This document shows positions 19,836 through 30,536 of a DNA stretch of 64,000 nt, one piece after another; within the stretch, counting starts at the first letter, position 1; each line of letters starts with the position of its first letter. The stretch is from positions 1 to 64,000 of the IMG/VR virus record IMGVR_UViG_3300033388_004609. One strand, 5' to 3'. This stretch comes from a virus. Below the pieces are notes generated by a model that was not told the origin of the DNA, searched no databases, and saw only the letters and a program-made list of their open reading frames with translations. Both the position numbers and the translations under genes were made by a program.

Positions 19836-21104
19836 TTACATGTTTGTCGGGAAAATAATAACATCTTCTTTCTCCTTCTCACTTTCTGTCTTTGGTTTCT
19901 CGACAGTATGTATACCGGATTGATGTTTATCATTCCCGAAACTATTTAATAATTTATTTGTTGCATTACTCTCTGATTTCTTGGCAAACTTATTTAAGTC
20001 TTTATTACCATCAAAAAATCCATTCTTGATAAAATAATTTAGTTTCATCTCAAATACAATTGGATCTTTTGCTCTCACGTCCATAGCTGCACTAATCGGT
20101 ACATCTCTGCCATTCCTACTTTCATATCGTACAGGAACAGTCATCATCTCTTCAATCTTTGTCTTTTCAGCTTTAGTAACTTCTATACCAGGAAATATTT
20201 CCTTAACCTCGGAAACCTTTTTAGAAATATTCTCTCTCGTTTTCTCATTTGCTTTTTCCCTAGCTTCTTTATCCGCTTTAGCTGCTATTTGAATATCTTT
20301 TTCTTCTTTATCGATAGCTGCATTGATATCATTTAATCCATCTTTCGACTCTTCAAACAATTCTTCATCCTGTACAGCCTTCTCAACAAACTTCCCAATC
20401 TTAGCTTCAGTAAATCCTTTCATCCTTAAAGATTCCGAATAGGTTTCTTTTTGAAGTTCTTCATTATCTTTAAGATCCTTTTCACCTATAGAAGCATATC
20501 TATCTTTATAAGACATTATATTACGTACAGTTTCAAAAGGAACACCTTCATCAAGTGATTTAAGAAAATCCTGTGCCATTGGACTGAGAGACTTCTTGTA
20601 TTGATCAATGCCAGTATTGATAGATTCTTTTATCTGCATAGCAATATGTTCATCTATCTTATCAAGAGCCTCTGCCGGCTCTAAATCTTTAATATCATCA
20701 AGATTAAAATTGGGAAGTACACCTTTATCTTGAAGAGACGCAGCATGGAGATGGACAGAAGACTCTCCTTCATTTGGCGTACCCCCCAGTTTCTTGTTGT
20801 CATCTTTTATCTCTTCTGATTTTTGTTCTCCACCTGCTGCTTGTGTATTATCAACCTGAATAGTGTCAGGTTTTTTAGGTTCTTGTTTAACTTCAGGTTT
20901 ATTACCTGGTTCTGTAGGTTCTTCTTTGGTGCCATTTTGTGTACCCTGAGTACCTTCTCCTTTGTCACCTGCATCCGATTGTATCTCCGTTTTAACCTTT
21001 TCTAGTTCTTCAGAGGTTTGATCAACCGTGATCAGATTCTCCTCGATACTATCTGTGTCGATAGTGTCGAAAAGATCATCTTGACTTTGCTGCTTTTGAT
21101 TCAT
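19836..21104 (-). CDS. acidic scaffold-like protein
   Basis: Acidic disordered N-terminus, helical C-terminus; between portal and MCP. Confidence 0.65.
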   Translation of the reverse strand: MNQKQQSQDDLFDTIDTDSIEENLITVDQTSEELEKVKTEIQSDAGDKGEGTQGTQNGTKEEPTEPGNKPEVKQEPKKPDTIQVDNTQAAGGEQKSEEIKDDNKKLGGTPNEGESSVHLHAASLQDKGVLPNFNLDDIKDLEPAEALDKIDEHIAMQIKESINTGIDQYKKSLSPMAQDFLKSLDEGVPFETVRNIMSYKDRYASIGEKDLKDNEELQKETYSESLRMKGFTEAKIGKFVEKAVQDEELFEESKDGLNDINAAIDKEEKDIQIAAKADKEAREKANEKTRENISKKVSEVKEIFPGIEVTKAEKTKIEEMMTVPVRYESRNGRDVPISAAMDVRAKDPIVFEMKLNYFIKNGFFDGNKDLNKFAKKSESNATNKLLNSFGNDKHQSGIHTVEKPKTESEKEKEDVIIFPTNM

Positions 21105-21251
21105 AAAAATTTCTCCTTTGCTTTTACAAGTTTAATAATTAGAAAATAAATGCACAACAGTATCACCAATACTGCCTTTGTTTATATAAGTTTTTCCTTT
21201 ATAGAGATTTTTATATATAATTAAATTATATGTTTTGGGTTTTCCTTAAAA

Positions 21252-23675
21252 TTATTTTTGAGCTTTTGATGTTGCTTTTCTACTCCTTGCAATCTTCTCT
21301 TGTGAATTGATATTCAATTTATTAAGTTCTTTATCCTGCTTTAACTTTGCATTGAATTGTCGACTTTTCTCCTCAAATTCTTTACGTCTTTCTTCTAATT
21401 GTAAACGTAATTTTTCAAGGTCAGCACGATTCTTCTCTAATTGACCACTATCTGAACCCTGGGCCTTTAATATTTCGGCATCAATCTCCATCTGTTTCAT
21501 GGTAATCTCTGCCTGTATTTTATTCATCTCGATTGCGTATGTCTGATCAATTTTCATCTTTTCAAATTGCATCATTGCCTGCTTGGTTCTTTCTTGCGAT
21601 TCCAAAGTTTCTTTTCTTGCAGTATCTTCTCTCTGATCTCTCTCTTTCTCTGATTGTTCAAGTTTTTTAGCCATTGAAGAAACACTTGTATCACGATAGA
21701 TATTTAACACATCAGATAATTTAGCTTTATCATTCTGTAGAGCTGCATGAGCAAATTGCTTAATAGCTTGTATAAGCGCTGCATCATTTGAACTATCCGA
21801 TACATATAATCCATATTCTGATTCAGCCAACATTTTCCTATCTACAGTTACTATATTAGAAATTAATCCGTCATCAACATATTGCAATTTCTTCACACCT
21901 CCATTCTTTGCATCACCCCAACAATGTTTTGCTGTTTCAAGAATTAACATTAATACCCTTATCTTAGTATTATCATGTAACATAAACCACTCTTCCGTTA
22001 TATGAGAAGATTGAGTAACACTTCTTTCTACACCACCAAGTGTTTCACGATTACTTATTTGTCCTTCTCTCTGTGGTGATATGCCGGCAACCTCACTTAA
22101 TTCATTCTTAACATATAATGCCAATTCAAGATTTGCTTTTATGACTCCTTCAGAAGATAGATTTATCGCTTCGGATTTTCTCTGCTTAACAGTACCAACC
22201 AGTCTACCCTTAGCCATACCCTTCTTCCCTTCCTTGAATGAATCCTTAATCATATACCCATTTGCCTCGGCATACATCATAACCAGTTCTTCATCCCATC
22301 CATCAGGTATCTCTGCAAGATCCAGTTCAGCTATTACCCCTTTATTACGCGCAGACGCAAGCTCTGTACGCCTCATATAAACATTATATAGATACTTGTA
22401 AGGTTTTACCCTATCCATAAGAGATATTCCCTCACTGGTATTTATACTATATATTGTACCTACATATGGTGGTAAGCACTTAGAAGGATTACTCATTGAC
22501 GATCCTATCCTTGGTAGAGGCTCCATTCTAACATATATATCCGGGCCTATCTTATACCCTTGCCACCATTCATTAATCCAGAACCATTTAACTTTCCAAC
22601 CAAGATCATCTCTTATAGGAAAATTCTCATCAACAAACGTTTCTCTTTCATCTCCATTCTTATCTATATAAGCAAGTTTACCAACCTTCTTACGTGATTT
22701 CCATACTACACGGGAAACTCTTATATCCCCATCAGCATTATAATGACTACCGTAGCCATGAGTTGTCTTACCATCAACGGTTATGAGTTGGGAGTTTGAG
22801 TGATATGTACTATCCTGGGCACTATCAATAGGACCAACAAGTACAATATCTGCCGGATGTTTTCCAAACCGGCTTTTTTCTTCAAGTTGCGAAACCTGAT
22901 CACTGCTCAAAACATCCCAAAACTCATCGATCACACTACCCACGGATCGAAAACCGTCCTCCACTATTAGATCTGCGTCTTCTATCTTATGACTTTCCCC
23001 CATTCCCATCGTATAAATGTTTAGAGGGTTTTTTCTTGTTGTTATCGGTTCACCATGTATTGCATCTACAGCAAATATTTCTTCTGCAGCTACAAGCACA
23101 TCAAAGAATGATGAACTGAAAATATGTTTTAATTGTTGTGTATGCCAAAAATATGAAAGGATCCTACTACCCATCTTCTCAGAAGCATCTTGGTATTCAT
23201 ATTCCTGGTAATGTTTTAATTGTTCCATTCTTCTTCCTGCTTGCTCTTCCGAATAATCTGAATTACTTATTTCAGAAAACATAAGATCCCTTAATTGCAT
23301 ACCCATCGCATACTCTTTTGCACTTATGGCATCTTCATTAACTGTTCTTAACCGAAAATCAAATCTACGTTTCGCTTCTTCTCCTTTTAAAACATTAAAC
23401 TTTGATAACTCGATAGGATAATTCTGAATCTTCGCGGGAAAATGAACACCTTTAATATTCATAGGATTAAAAACCTTCTCGATCTCCGCTTCGTCAATTA
23501 TTCCAGCTATCAAATTATAATTCACCACAAGGTCCGCTTTACGTTTTCTAATTATTCCAGTTTCGGAAGTAGTAATCGTTAATCCTGCTTCGATATTTTC
23601 TTTTCCCCATGTCTTGTTTTTCTCTGTCATGGTTTTCTTCTGAGCAGGTAAATGATAAAGTTTTGTTTGTAACAT
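21252..23675 (-). CDS. portal protein (crAss-like)
   Basis: 807 aa; WINEWWQG, SLMDR.KPY, GISPQREG motifs; coiled-coil C-terminus; follows terminase. Confidence 0.9.
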   Translation of the reverse strand: MLQTKLYHLPAQKKTMTEKNKTWGKENIEAGLTITTSETGIIRKRKADLVVNYNLIAGIIDEAEIEKVFNPMNIKGVHFPAKIQNYPIELSKFNVLKGEEAKRRFDFRLRTVNEDAISAKEYAMGMQLRDLMFSEISNSDYSEEQAGRRMEQLKHYQEYEYQDASEKMGSRILSYFWHTQQLKHIFSSSFFDVLVAAEEIFAVDAIHGEPITTRKNPLNIYTMGMGESHKIEDADLIVEDGFRSVGSVIDEFWDVLSSDQVSQLEEKSRFGKHPADIVLVGPIDSAQDSTYHSNSQLITVDGKTTHGYGSHYNADGDIRVSRVVWKSRKKVGKLAYIDKNGDERETFVDENFPIRDDLGWKVKWFWINEWWQGYKIGPDIYVRMEPLPRIGSSMSNPSKCLPPYVGTIYSINTSEGISLMDRVKPYKYLYNVYMRRTELASARNKGVIAELDLAEIPDGWDEELVMMYAEANGYMIKDSFKEGKKGMAKGRLVGTVKQRKSEAINLSSEGVIKANLELALYVKNELSEVAGISPQREGQISNRETLGGVERSVTQSSHITEEWFMLHDNTKIRVLMLILETAKHCWGDAKNGGVKKLQYVDDGLISNIVTVDRKMLAESEYGLYVSDSSNDAALIQAIKQFAHAALQNDKAKLSDVLNIYRDTSVSSMAKKLEQSEKERDQREDTARKETLESQERTKQAMMQFEKMKIDQTYAIEMNKIQAEITMKQMEIDAEILKAQGSDSGQLEKNRADLEKLRLQLEERRKEFEEKSRQFNAKLKQDKELNKLNINSQEKIARSRKATSKAQK

Positions 23676-23679
23676 AATT

Positions 23680-26600
23680 TTAAATTTTTAGTTGTTTTTT
23701 TAATTCTCTCATTTTTAACATTTTTGCAAATGGATCTGCTTTCTCCATGGCTTTATATTTAAACATATCCATTCTTGCAAAAAAACCTGGTACCTCCAAT
23801 GCTTTATGTGATTCCTCCGGATCGAAATGCATCATGTCTTCTTTAAGAAGCATCAACATTCCAAATGCGCTTACTCTGTCAAAATTACCGTCTTTATGCC
23901 AATATATAAATTCCTGTAATAATGGAATAGATCGTATTGTATGTAAATTCATTAACTCACTACTACTGCTAACTTTAGTCACCAAATGTATTAATGATAA
24001 TTCTCTCGCCCATTTATTTATTCCCTGTGTACCAGGAGATCCTTTTCCACGATTAAGTACTACTTTATCAACTACCTTATCAGCTACTACCTTTGGAGTA
24101 TCACAAAGCAAGTATGAAGAGAATGTATTATTCATATAAGTCCCCATACCCTTGCAATCATTCTCGTAATTACACTTAGCATTATAATATATTAGTAACC
24201 TGCGAACATTTTCATAATACATATTCGCTGTCAGTGGCCGACCAGTATATTCTGCAACAATTCTACCTGTCACTTTATTCATGACAAATGTTGAACCAAG
24301 TGAATCTGTTGTTGAGTCATCATGGTCATATGTATCGTTACCAGCTATATAAAGTCCATACGGCACTTCTCCATCCTCTCCTGTTACTGGATGCTCATAG
24401 ATCACTATACACCCTTCTATAAGCTTCTTATCGTTTAAAGGGAATGTTCTAATCGGTCTTGCCTCAGGATCTAGTTTCCATTCAATCTTTTCAGTCTCCG
24501 GGTTAATTACAAGTTTACCAACATACTCTGTGTCTTCGAATTTTTCAGGGTGAGTTCTTACATACGCAAGATGTTCTTTAAGATCATTAATAGGAAAGAT
24601 AGTACCACCAATACGCATACATGCTTCCTGTGGTGTCTTGGGTTCTTCTGCAATGTGTCTTATTATTGCTTCGGGATTCTTTGTTTCATTTCTTACTTTA
24701 TCCCTATCAGCCTCTATTAGTTTATCTGCAAGTTCTGTATCTGAATTACCATCCTTATCCATGGTCCCTTCAAGATTCTTTAATACAGAAGAAAAGAAAC
24801 CAGACTTCGATCCAGCAGTTGTAGTATCCCATATATTAGGAACCATATGAACATTATATCCACCACCTTCATAATAAAGTTGCTCTAACCCCATAAAGTC
24901 TTGATTTTCAGTTCCTCCAGTTTGTTTGGTTATAAAATTGTTTGAGATATATGTATTTGTGTAAGCTGTATGAAGATTATAAATATTCTGCATCCCTATA
25001 TATTCAACCTTTGTAACAGATTCGGTTCTAAAATTAGTCATTCCTTTTTTGCCAATAAAAAAATGACCTTTATCATTATCAGGATTCAATTCGAAAACAC
25101 CTTTATTAATTCTGCTTCTATCTATAGAATTAGATTCATGTATCCGTCTCAAGACTTCCACTTTTTTCTTAGACAAAAGTTTAATATTCTTTTCGAAATT
25201 CTTTACATCATTTATATTTGTAATATACAATCTATAAACATATTCTTTACCACCACTATATCCGCTAGTTCTCTTCTCTTTGATTATATTACCATGAATG
25301 CCAAACTTCGTCAACTGATAATAAACCTCCTTAAGTAAAGGTTTAATATTACTCGTCAATACTACTCGAACTGTTTTCTTTTGCTTAGTCCATGTCACAT
25401 GACCATCTGCATCAAAATAGCCTGCAAGTAAATCAGAAAGTGATTTTTTATTATATTCGTGAATATTCTTAGGGAGCCTTTTATCATCTTTTACTTGTCC
25501 GTATATACCAATATCTTTTAATACATGTGAAAAGTTCTTTATTCCTACCGAATCATGCACTCCTCCATTACTCATAAATTTTGATTTGTATATAGAGGTA
25601 TCATAATTTTTCTTAACATATTTTAATATTGAATCGTCTGCACATGACAATTGAGGAGTTGCTCCTTTTGTATAATTTCCATCACCAATTAATAATCCTA
25701 TTAATCGAGCATCTTTTATATTCTTTTTCCCAAATACAGGAACTTCATCAATCTTTAATAATTGATCTCCTGGTTTTATATTTTTTGTTAATGTAAACGA
25801 AACTCTTCTTCCTGCCTGAAATTTTCCATCCATATATTTATACCATTGAGGTCTTGTCCACATTAATGGATGATCTCCTGAACATTCTATATAATTTTCT
25901 CCTGAAGTTGTTATTCTATAACATGGCTTTTTTTCAGGAGGTTTAAACCATTTTATTTTTTCTTTATAGGACTTATAACCATCGTAACCTATAATTCCAT
26001 CCTCTTGTTGTAAATCTTCAATATTTATTAGTTTTCCATCTTTCGTCCATACTTTAGTTCCTGCACAAACACAGCCGAAGGATGCTTGCAAACCAAAAGT
26101 AAGTCTTCCTTGTTGCATACTTTTTAAGGAGATGTTCCATGCTTTTAATAAGTTAGGATTTTTTCCGCTCTCTTCATACAGTATTAATTTTCCACGCTTG
26201 CCACGTGCTTTGTTCCAATTGTTTTTTAGACTTACTCCTATTATCTCTGACTTAAATCCTTTCTCTATTTTTAATCCATTCCTCTGAATATAGTAAGAAG
26301 CTCTTCTATGCATTACACTATTATGGACCTGTCGTCTTTTTCCCCATGGAGTATGATTTTCTATATGAGTCATCATATCCCATGCCTTGGTTATTATACC
26401 ATCTTCAATAAGATAATCTTTATCATCCGCAAAACAATAACTTTTACTTCCTGGAATAAGATAATAATTACGATTACACATACCGCCACCTTTAAGACTA
26501 AATCCTCTCCCCCTGGTTTTGATTACCACTGCATGTTCACCACTCTCTTCTGCATCATTCAGATAATGAAAATATGTATAATCATTATCCCAAAAATGAG

Positions 26601-26973
26601 GAAATTGATCCTCCCTATCAGCTTGTGTCTGTTTGGTTAATTCATCAAATCCCCTTTTGTTATCATCTATTTTTTCTCTCTCTACAGCAATAGGTATTGG
26701 ACAATAATTTAGATAGAAATAAAAATAACCAGGAATCCAATCTCTTCCAATATCATATCCAAAGACTGATCTCCTGGCTTCTTCTTCCCAGAATTTATAG
26801 TACATACTATTGGGGTGAGAATTTACAGGGTAATTAGTGTATCTTCCAAACTCTTCAAAATGCAGAGCAGAAGCACGCCATTCATCGGTATTATAATGTT
26901 TAGTATTCTTATAATAACCTGATGTGATTATATCGCTTTTAGGTTGCACCGGTGATAAAATGTCACTGGTCAT
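23680..26973 (-). CDS. terL: terminase large subunit containing an intein
   Basis: KTRGRGFS Walker A, LILYEESG Walker B, YIAGNDTYD and GNFDRV nuclease motifs. Confidence 0.92.
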   Translation of the reverse strand: MTSDILSPVQPKSDIITSGYYKNTKHYNTDEWRASALHFEEFGRYTNYPVNSHPNSMYYKFWEEEARRSVFGYDIGRDWIPGYFYFYLNYCPIPIAVEREKIDDNKRGFDELTKQTQADREDQFPHFWDNDYTYFHYLNDAEESGEHAVVIKTRGRGFSLKGGGMCNRNYYLIPGSKSYCFADDKDYLIEDGIITKAWDMMTHIENHTPWGKRRQVHNSVMHRRASYYIQRNGLKIEKGFKSEIIGVSLKNNWNKARGKRGKLILYEESGKNPNLLKAWNISLKSMQQGRLTFGLQASFGCVCAGTKVWTKDGKLINIEDLQQEDGIIGYDGYKSYKEKIKWFKPPEKKPCYRITTSGENYIECSGDHPLMWTRPQWYKYMDGKFQAGRRVSFTLTKNIKPGDQLLKIDEVPVFGKKNIKDARLIGLLIGDGNYTKGATPQLSCADDSILKYVKKNYDTSIYKSKFMSNGGVHDSVGIKNFSHVLKDIGIYGQVKDDKRLPKNIHEYNKKSLSDLLAGYFDADGHVTWTKQKKTVRVVLTSNIKPLLKEVYYQLTKFGIHGNIIKEKRTSGYSGGKEYVYRLYITNINDVKNFEKNIKLLSKKKVEVLRRIHESNSIDRSRINKGVFELNPDNDKGHFFIGKKGMTNFRTESVTKVEYIGMQNIYNLHTAYTNTYISNNFITKQTGGTENQDFMGLEQLYYEGGGYNVHMVPNIWDTTTAGSKSGFFSSVLKNLEGTMDKDGNSDTELADKLIEADRDKVRNETKNPEAIIRHIAEEPKTPQEACMRIGGTIFPINDLKEHLAYVRTHPEKFEDTEYVGKLVINPETEKIEWKLDPEARPIRTFPLNDKKLIEGCIVIYEHPVTGEDGEVPYGLYIAGNDTYDHDDSTTDSLGSTFVMNKVTGRIVAEYTGRPLTANMYYENVRRLLIYYNAKCNYENDCKGMGTYMNNTFSSYLLCDTPKVVADKVVDKVVLNRGKGSPGTQGINKWARELSLIHLVTKVSSSSELMNLHTIRSIPLLQEFIYWHKDGNFDRVSAFGMLMLLKEDMMHFDPEESHKALEVPGFFARMDMFKYKAMEKADPFAKMLKMRELKKQLKI
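24922..26073 (-). mobile_element. intein with LAGLIDADG homing endonuclease (384 aa)
   Basis: Junctions FG/CVCAGT...NNFITKQ/TGG; block B CSGDHP; LIGLLIGDG and LAGYFDADG motifs. Confidence 0.9.
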
Positions 26974-26979
26974 AATATG

Positions 26980-27534
26980 TTATTTTATATCTTTAAGCCA
27001 GGTGGCTTTCTCTTTATCTTCAAACATTCCTGCTTTTCCTCCACCCCGGATTATCATCTCTTCTTCTTCATGAAACACTTTCCTCTCCCATTTCTCCAAC
27101 TTCTCAAGTATTACTTCTATATCTTTTAAACTCTTCGTGATCTTTGCAGGTTCATAATCTTTTTTCTTTACTGGGTTATATTTTAAACTTTCAAGATAAG
27201 CTATAAGAGAATCTACTGTCATTCTAATAGACTTAAGGTATCTCATAGAGGAAGTAAGTTGTAATTTTTCATACTTTTCTATTGCTTCTATAACGGTATC
27301 ATCAGGAATATACTTTTTATCTTTCATGATATCTTTAGCAATATTCTCCTCTTTCTCTAAGCCAAAGGTATTATATTCTGACTTATAATCAGCAATAAAA
27401 TATATATATGCAAATTCTTGTTTAGCTTTTTTCTTGGTTTTTGAAGGATCACGATCCCATATTTTTTTAAATTCCGGCACCAACATTAACATTGGATCAG
27501 GTACCATTTCGTTATTCTCGTTATAATTAAACAT
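26980..27534 (-). CDS. conserved protein upstream of TerL (possible terminase small subunit)
   Basis: crAss-like synteny; helical; C-terminal RGG motif. Confidence 0.5.
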   Translation of the reverse strand: MFNYNENNEMVPDPMLMLVPEFKKIWDRDPSKTKKKAKQEFAYIYFIADYKSEYNTFGLEKEENIAKDIMKDKKYIPDDTVIEAIEKYEKLQLTSSMRYLKSIRMTVDSLIAYLESLKYNPVKKKDYEPAKITKSLKDIEVILEKLEKWERKVFHEEEEMIIRGGGKAGMFEDKEKATWLKDIK

Positions 27535-27537
27535 ATC

Positions 27538-27804
27538 TTATCTATTTAGTGCTATACGTTTCTGTTCTTTCAAATAATATTTGCGACTTATATATTTTAA
27601 TCGTTTTTTATTGACCTTGAATAATCCAAACAATGGTAATCTGACTGATGGCAAAAATCCCTTTTCTTCATCTGCCATATTTATTACTTCCTTCACCCCT
27701 TCAAATTGCGACATCACTATCATATATATTGTTGTCTTTCTAAGACCATGTTTCTCTGCTAATCTGGATAACTCTTTGTCTGTCCATTTACTCTTCATGA
27801 CCAT
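27538..27804 (-). CDS. IHF/HU-like DNA-binding protein
   Basis: LAEKHGL...VRLPLFGLFKV pattern. Confidence 0.7.
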   Translation of the reverse strand: MVMKSKWTDKELSRLAEKHGLRKTTIYMIVMSQFEGVKEVINMADEEKGFLPSVRLPLFGLFKVNKKRLKYISRKYYLKEQKRIALNR

Positions 27805-28201
27805 TAATCTTAAATTTGAAACTTAATAGTTGAGTTTCGTTACTATATACAATGAATGGTTTATTTATAGTTTTCCCATTAAGAATTCTCATTTTTCTTA
27901 ACATTGAAAAGTAATTATTTAATTGATGAATTTTTATTCCAAGGTCAAAACATATATTTTCTTTTATATGTTTTCCGAATACAACATCCCATTTTACATT
28001 ATCAGGTAAGTCTTTATTAAGATCATTATGATATAGTAATTTGGCATATATTTTCAACGGGATATCACTTAATCTGATTTTCTTTTTATTCACCTTAGAT
28101 AGTATAGCATCTAGTACAGGACGCTTTAACGTGAGGTATTCAAGAAAGAATTTTTCTTTGGTTGTGGGAATAATAATCTCTTCTACCGATGCTCCTAACA
28201 T
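27788..28201 (-). CDS. hypothetical, probable winged-HTH protein
   Basis: ICFDLGIKIHQLNNYFSMLRKM pattern. Confidence 0.45.
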   Translation of the reverse strand: MLGASVEEIIIPTTKEKFFLEYLTLKRPVLDAILSKVNKKKIRLSDIPLKIYAKLLYHNDLNKDLPDNVKWDVVFGKHIKENICFDLGIKIHQLNNYFSMLRKMRILNGKTINKPFIVYSNETQLLSFKFKINGHEE

Positions 28202-28283
28202 ATCCTAACGAAATTATACATTTAGTACAAATGAAAAAATACTGTTGTACAAAATGAAATTATATGTTTCAAAGATATATTAT

Positions 28284-28331
28284 AAAAAAACAACAGCCAA
28301 ATAAAAATATAATATTCTTATCTGGCTGCTA
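28284..28331 (-). terminator. intrinsic terminator
   Basis: AGCAGCCAGATAAGAATA/TATTTTTATTTGGCTGTT stem followed by U7. Confidence 0.7.
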
Positions 28332-28387
28332 TCCTAAAAGTTCGAAATCTCCTTGCTGCGTCTCAAACTTTCCTAGGTACTGCTTTA
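28284..28387 (-). ncRNA. candidate small structured RNA
   Basis: Promoter TATCTTTG (28391-28398), two long hairpins, terminal U7, no ATG. Confidence 0.5.
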
Positions 28388-28419
28388 CGTCAAAGATACA
28401 ATTTAAAAACTATTCGCAA

Positions 28420-28830
28420 CTAATAAACAATACCAAAAACTTCATGTGCTTTAATCATGTAATAAAGTTTCTTATTAACTATTACCGGTTCACCTGTACT
28501 ACCCCTATAATATATCTTCTGACCTACTTTAACCGGCATAGGCATAATTACACCTTCCTCGATAGATCGTCCGGGACCGACAGCCTTAACACTTGCCTGG
28601 TTAGGATGTTTATCCCACTTACCAAGGAACTTTGACGAAGCATCTGCATAGGTCGTATACTCTTCTCTTCGTTGCTTTTCAATCTCTAATATATTACTTG
28701 GTTTTGCTGCATCAACCGACACAAGACCAAGTTTCTGTATCTTGCTTTCTTCTTTAGACTTAATGTTTATTCTCTCAATCACTATCCAGTCCTCGACCGG
28801 GTGTAGTGGAAATTTAATTGGATCTTTCAT
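28420..28830 (-). CDS. groES: GroES-like co-chaperonin
   Basis: LHPVEDWIVI...VKAVGPG...PMPVKVGQKI...G..V....Y......EVFGIV. Confidence 0.8.
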   Translation of the reverse strand: MKDPIKFPLHPVEDWIVIERINIKSKEESKIQKLGLVSVDAAKPSNILEIEKQRREEYTTYADASSKFLGKWDKHPNQASVKAVGPGRSIEEGVIMPMPVKVGQKIYYRGSTGEPVIVNKKLYYMIKAHEVFGIVY

Positions 28831-28848
28831 ACTGCGTTTTTATTAATA

Positions 28849-29388
28849 TTAAAATGGTAAATCTGTATTTTCATTATTGCAATCCTCCGGTTCTTCTTTA
28901 TTTTCTTTTTCTACAATCTTTGCTTCGCTTACTTGTGGTTCTTTCTTACCAAACAATTCATCATCTACTGCATCCTCGTTAGCTCCACCACCCAGTATAT
29001 CATTACTCTCTCCATTCATAGATAATACCTCTCCCGGTCTTATAACATCTCCTAACGTGCTATGATTGGTACCATCAAGTAAATCTATCGTTAATACATC
29101 AAGGTTGGTAAAGTACATCATTTTCCCATCCTTATTTTCCCACTTCCTGCCGGTAAGTCTATACTCAATCATCACCTTATCTCCTTCCTTTATTTCAGAA
29201 AGCCTTGTAGTCATATTCTGTACACACTGGAACTTCACAAATTCTTCATTAGGTTCTCCTTTATAATTAAGATCCTCTATTACTAACAGAAATTCCTGTT
29301 TACGAAAAGTAGATGACACCTCTTTTATTGGTAATTTTTTCTCAATTACTCCAACTATTCTGAATTTATTTTCTTCCATTGCTATCAA
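28849..29388 (-). CDS. DUF3127 family single-stranded DNA-binding protein
   Basis: FRKQEF, GRKW, YFTNL motifs; acidic tail ending DLPF. Confidence 0.8.
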   Translation of the reverse strand: MIAMEENKFRIVGVIEKKLPIKEVSSTFRKQEFLLVIEDLNYKGEPNEEFVKFQCVQNMTTRLSEIKEGDKVMIEYRLTGRKWENKDGKMMYFTNLDVLTIDLLDGTNHSTLGDVIRPGEVLSMNGESNDILGGGANEDAVDDELFGKKEPQVSEAKIVEKENKEEPEDCNNENTDLPF

Positions 29389-29421
29389 ATTAAATATTTA
29401 TAAAAGTACAAAAAATATCAA

Positions 29422-30531
29422 TTAAGGGAAAGCTTTACACATAGAATCATTGATTATTACTTTCTCAACTATTTCATTATAACTACCGAATGTGCATCTA
29501 GGACAATCTTTTACTTTAATATCGCGTATCATTTTTCTATGAAATTCTGTATTCCATACTTTAAGTATCTCTACTGGATCCGGATCATGCTTGCATAATA
29601 TTAAATCCTTTCTTCCGCGCATGTCAAAACATGTATGAACATTACCATCAGCACCAAATGTAGGTAACAAAGGAATCGCCCAACATCGTGAGAAATTTAC
29701 TTTACGTGAGAAATCCGGATTGAACTTATGTCTTATTCCATACACTCTAAAATATTTTGTTTCAAGTTTCATCCCTTCATTTAATTGCTTATTTATCCTA
29801 TCAATTAAACTTGTATAATCCGGTTTTCTTATTACATGAGGTAGATTATCCCATCCTGCCGGTCTTAAATGAAAATCATGTACTCCTATTTCTTTAGCCA
29901 ATTTTATTGCATCATATATCTCTAATGCATTACCAGGAGTTAAAAGAAATTTGAATGCCACATCACATTTCGAATTAGTATCTCTAATCCTTTTTACAAC
30001 TTTCTTAATATTTTCTATTACTAATTTAAACATTCCACCACCATTAAGTCCCTTAAGTTTATTATATGTTTCTGTTGTTGCTGCATCTACAGAGAATCCT
30101 ATCCATCTTGCTGTACGTGCTATTGCTTCTATATGATACTCCTTCATAATAGATCCATTAGTAATAATTCCTATCTCCATACCATGATAATACATTCTAT
30201 TATACAAACTTACCAAATTAGGATTCATAAAACTCTCACCGCCACCAGCGATGCATGCTGAATTAGGAGTCTTATGTCTTGTTGAATTTCTCCAATCAGC
30301 TAAAAAATCCACTAATTTTATCATATGTTTCTCTGACATATCCATCCCACTTTCATGTATCATCTTCCAAGCATTACAATGCGGACATTTAAAATTGCAT
30401 CTATTTGAAGGATCAATATCTACGGTTATCGGTGGTAAGTAATCTTCTTTAGCACACCCTTCAAGATGTTTTCTCCACAATAACACTTTTGCACTATTAA
30501 ACGGATTCCAAGGATTAGACCATTCTTTCAT
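29422..30531 (-). CDS. radical SAM protein with SPASM/twitch domain
   Basis: CNFKCPHC, GGGE, C...ADGNVHTC...CPRC. Confidence 0.9.
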   Translation of the reverse strand: MKEWSNPWNPFNSAKVLLWRKHLEGCAKEDYLPPITVDIDPSNRCNFKCPHCNAWKMIHESGMDMSEKHMIKLVDFLADWRNSTRHKTPNSACIAGGGESFMNPNLVSLYNRMYYHGMEIGIITNGSIMKEYHIEAIARTARWIGFSVDAATTETYNKLKGLNGGGMFKLVIENIKKVVKRIRDTNSKCDVAFKFLLTPGNALEIYDAIKLAKEIGVHDFHLRPAGWDNLPHVIRKPDYTSLIDRINKQLNEGMKLETKYFRVYGIRHKFNPDFSRKVNFSRCWAIPLLPTFGADGNVHTCFDMRGRKDLILCKHDPDPVEILKVWNTEFHRKMIRDIKVKDCPRCTFGSYNEIVEKVIINDSMCKAFP

Positions 30532-30536
30532 AATCT

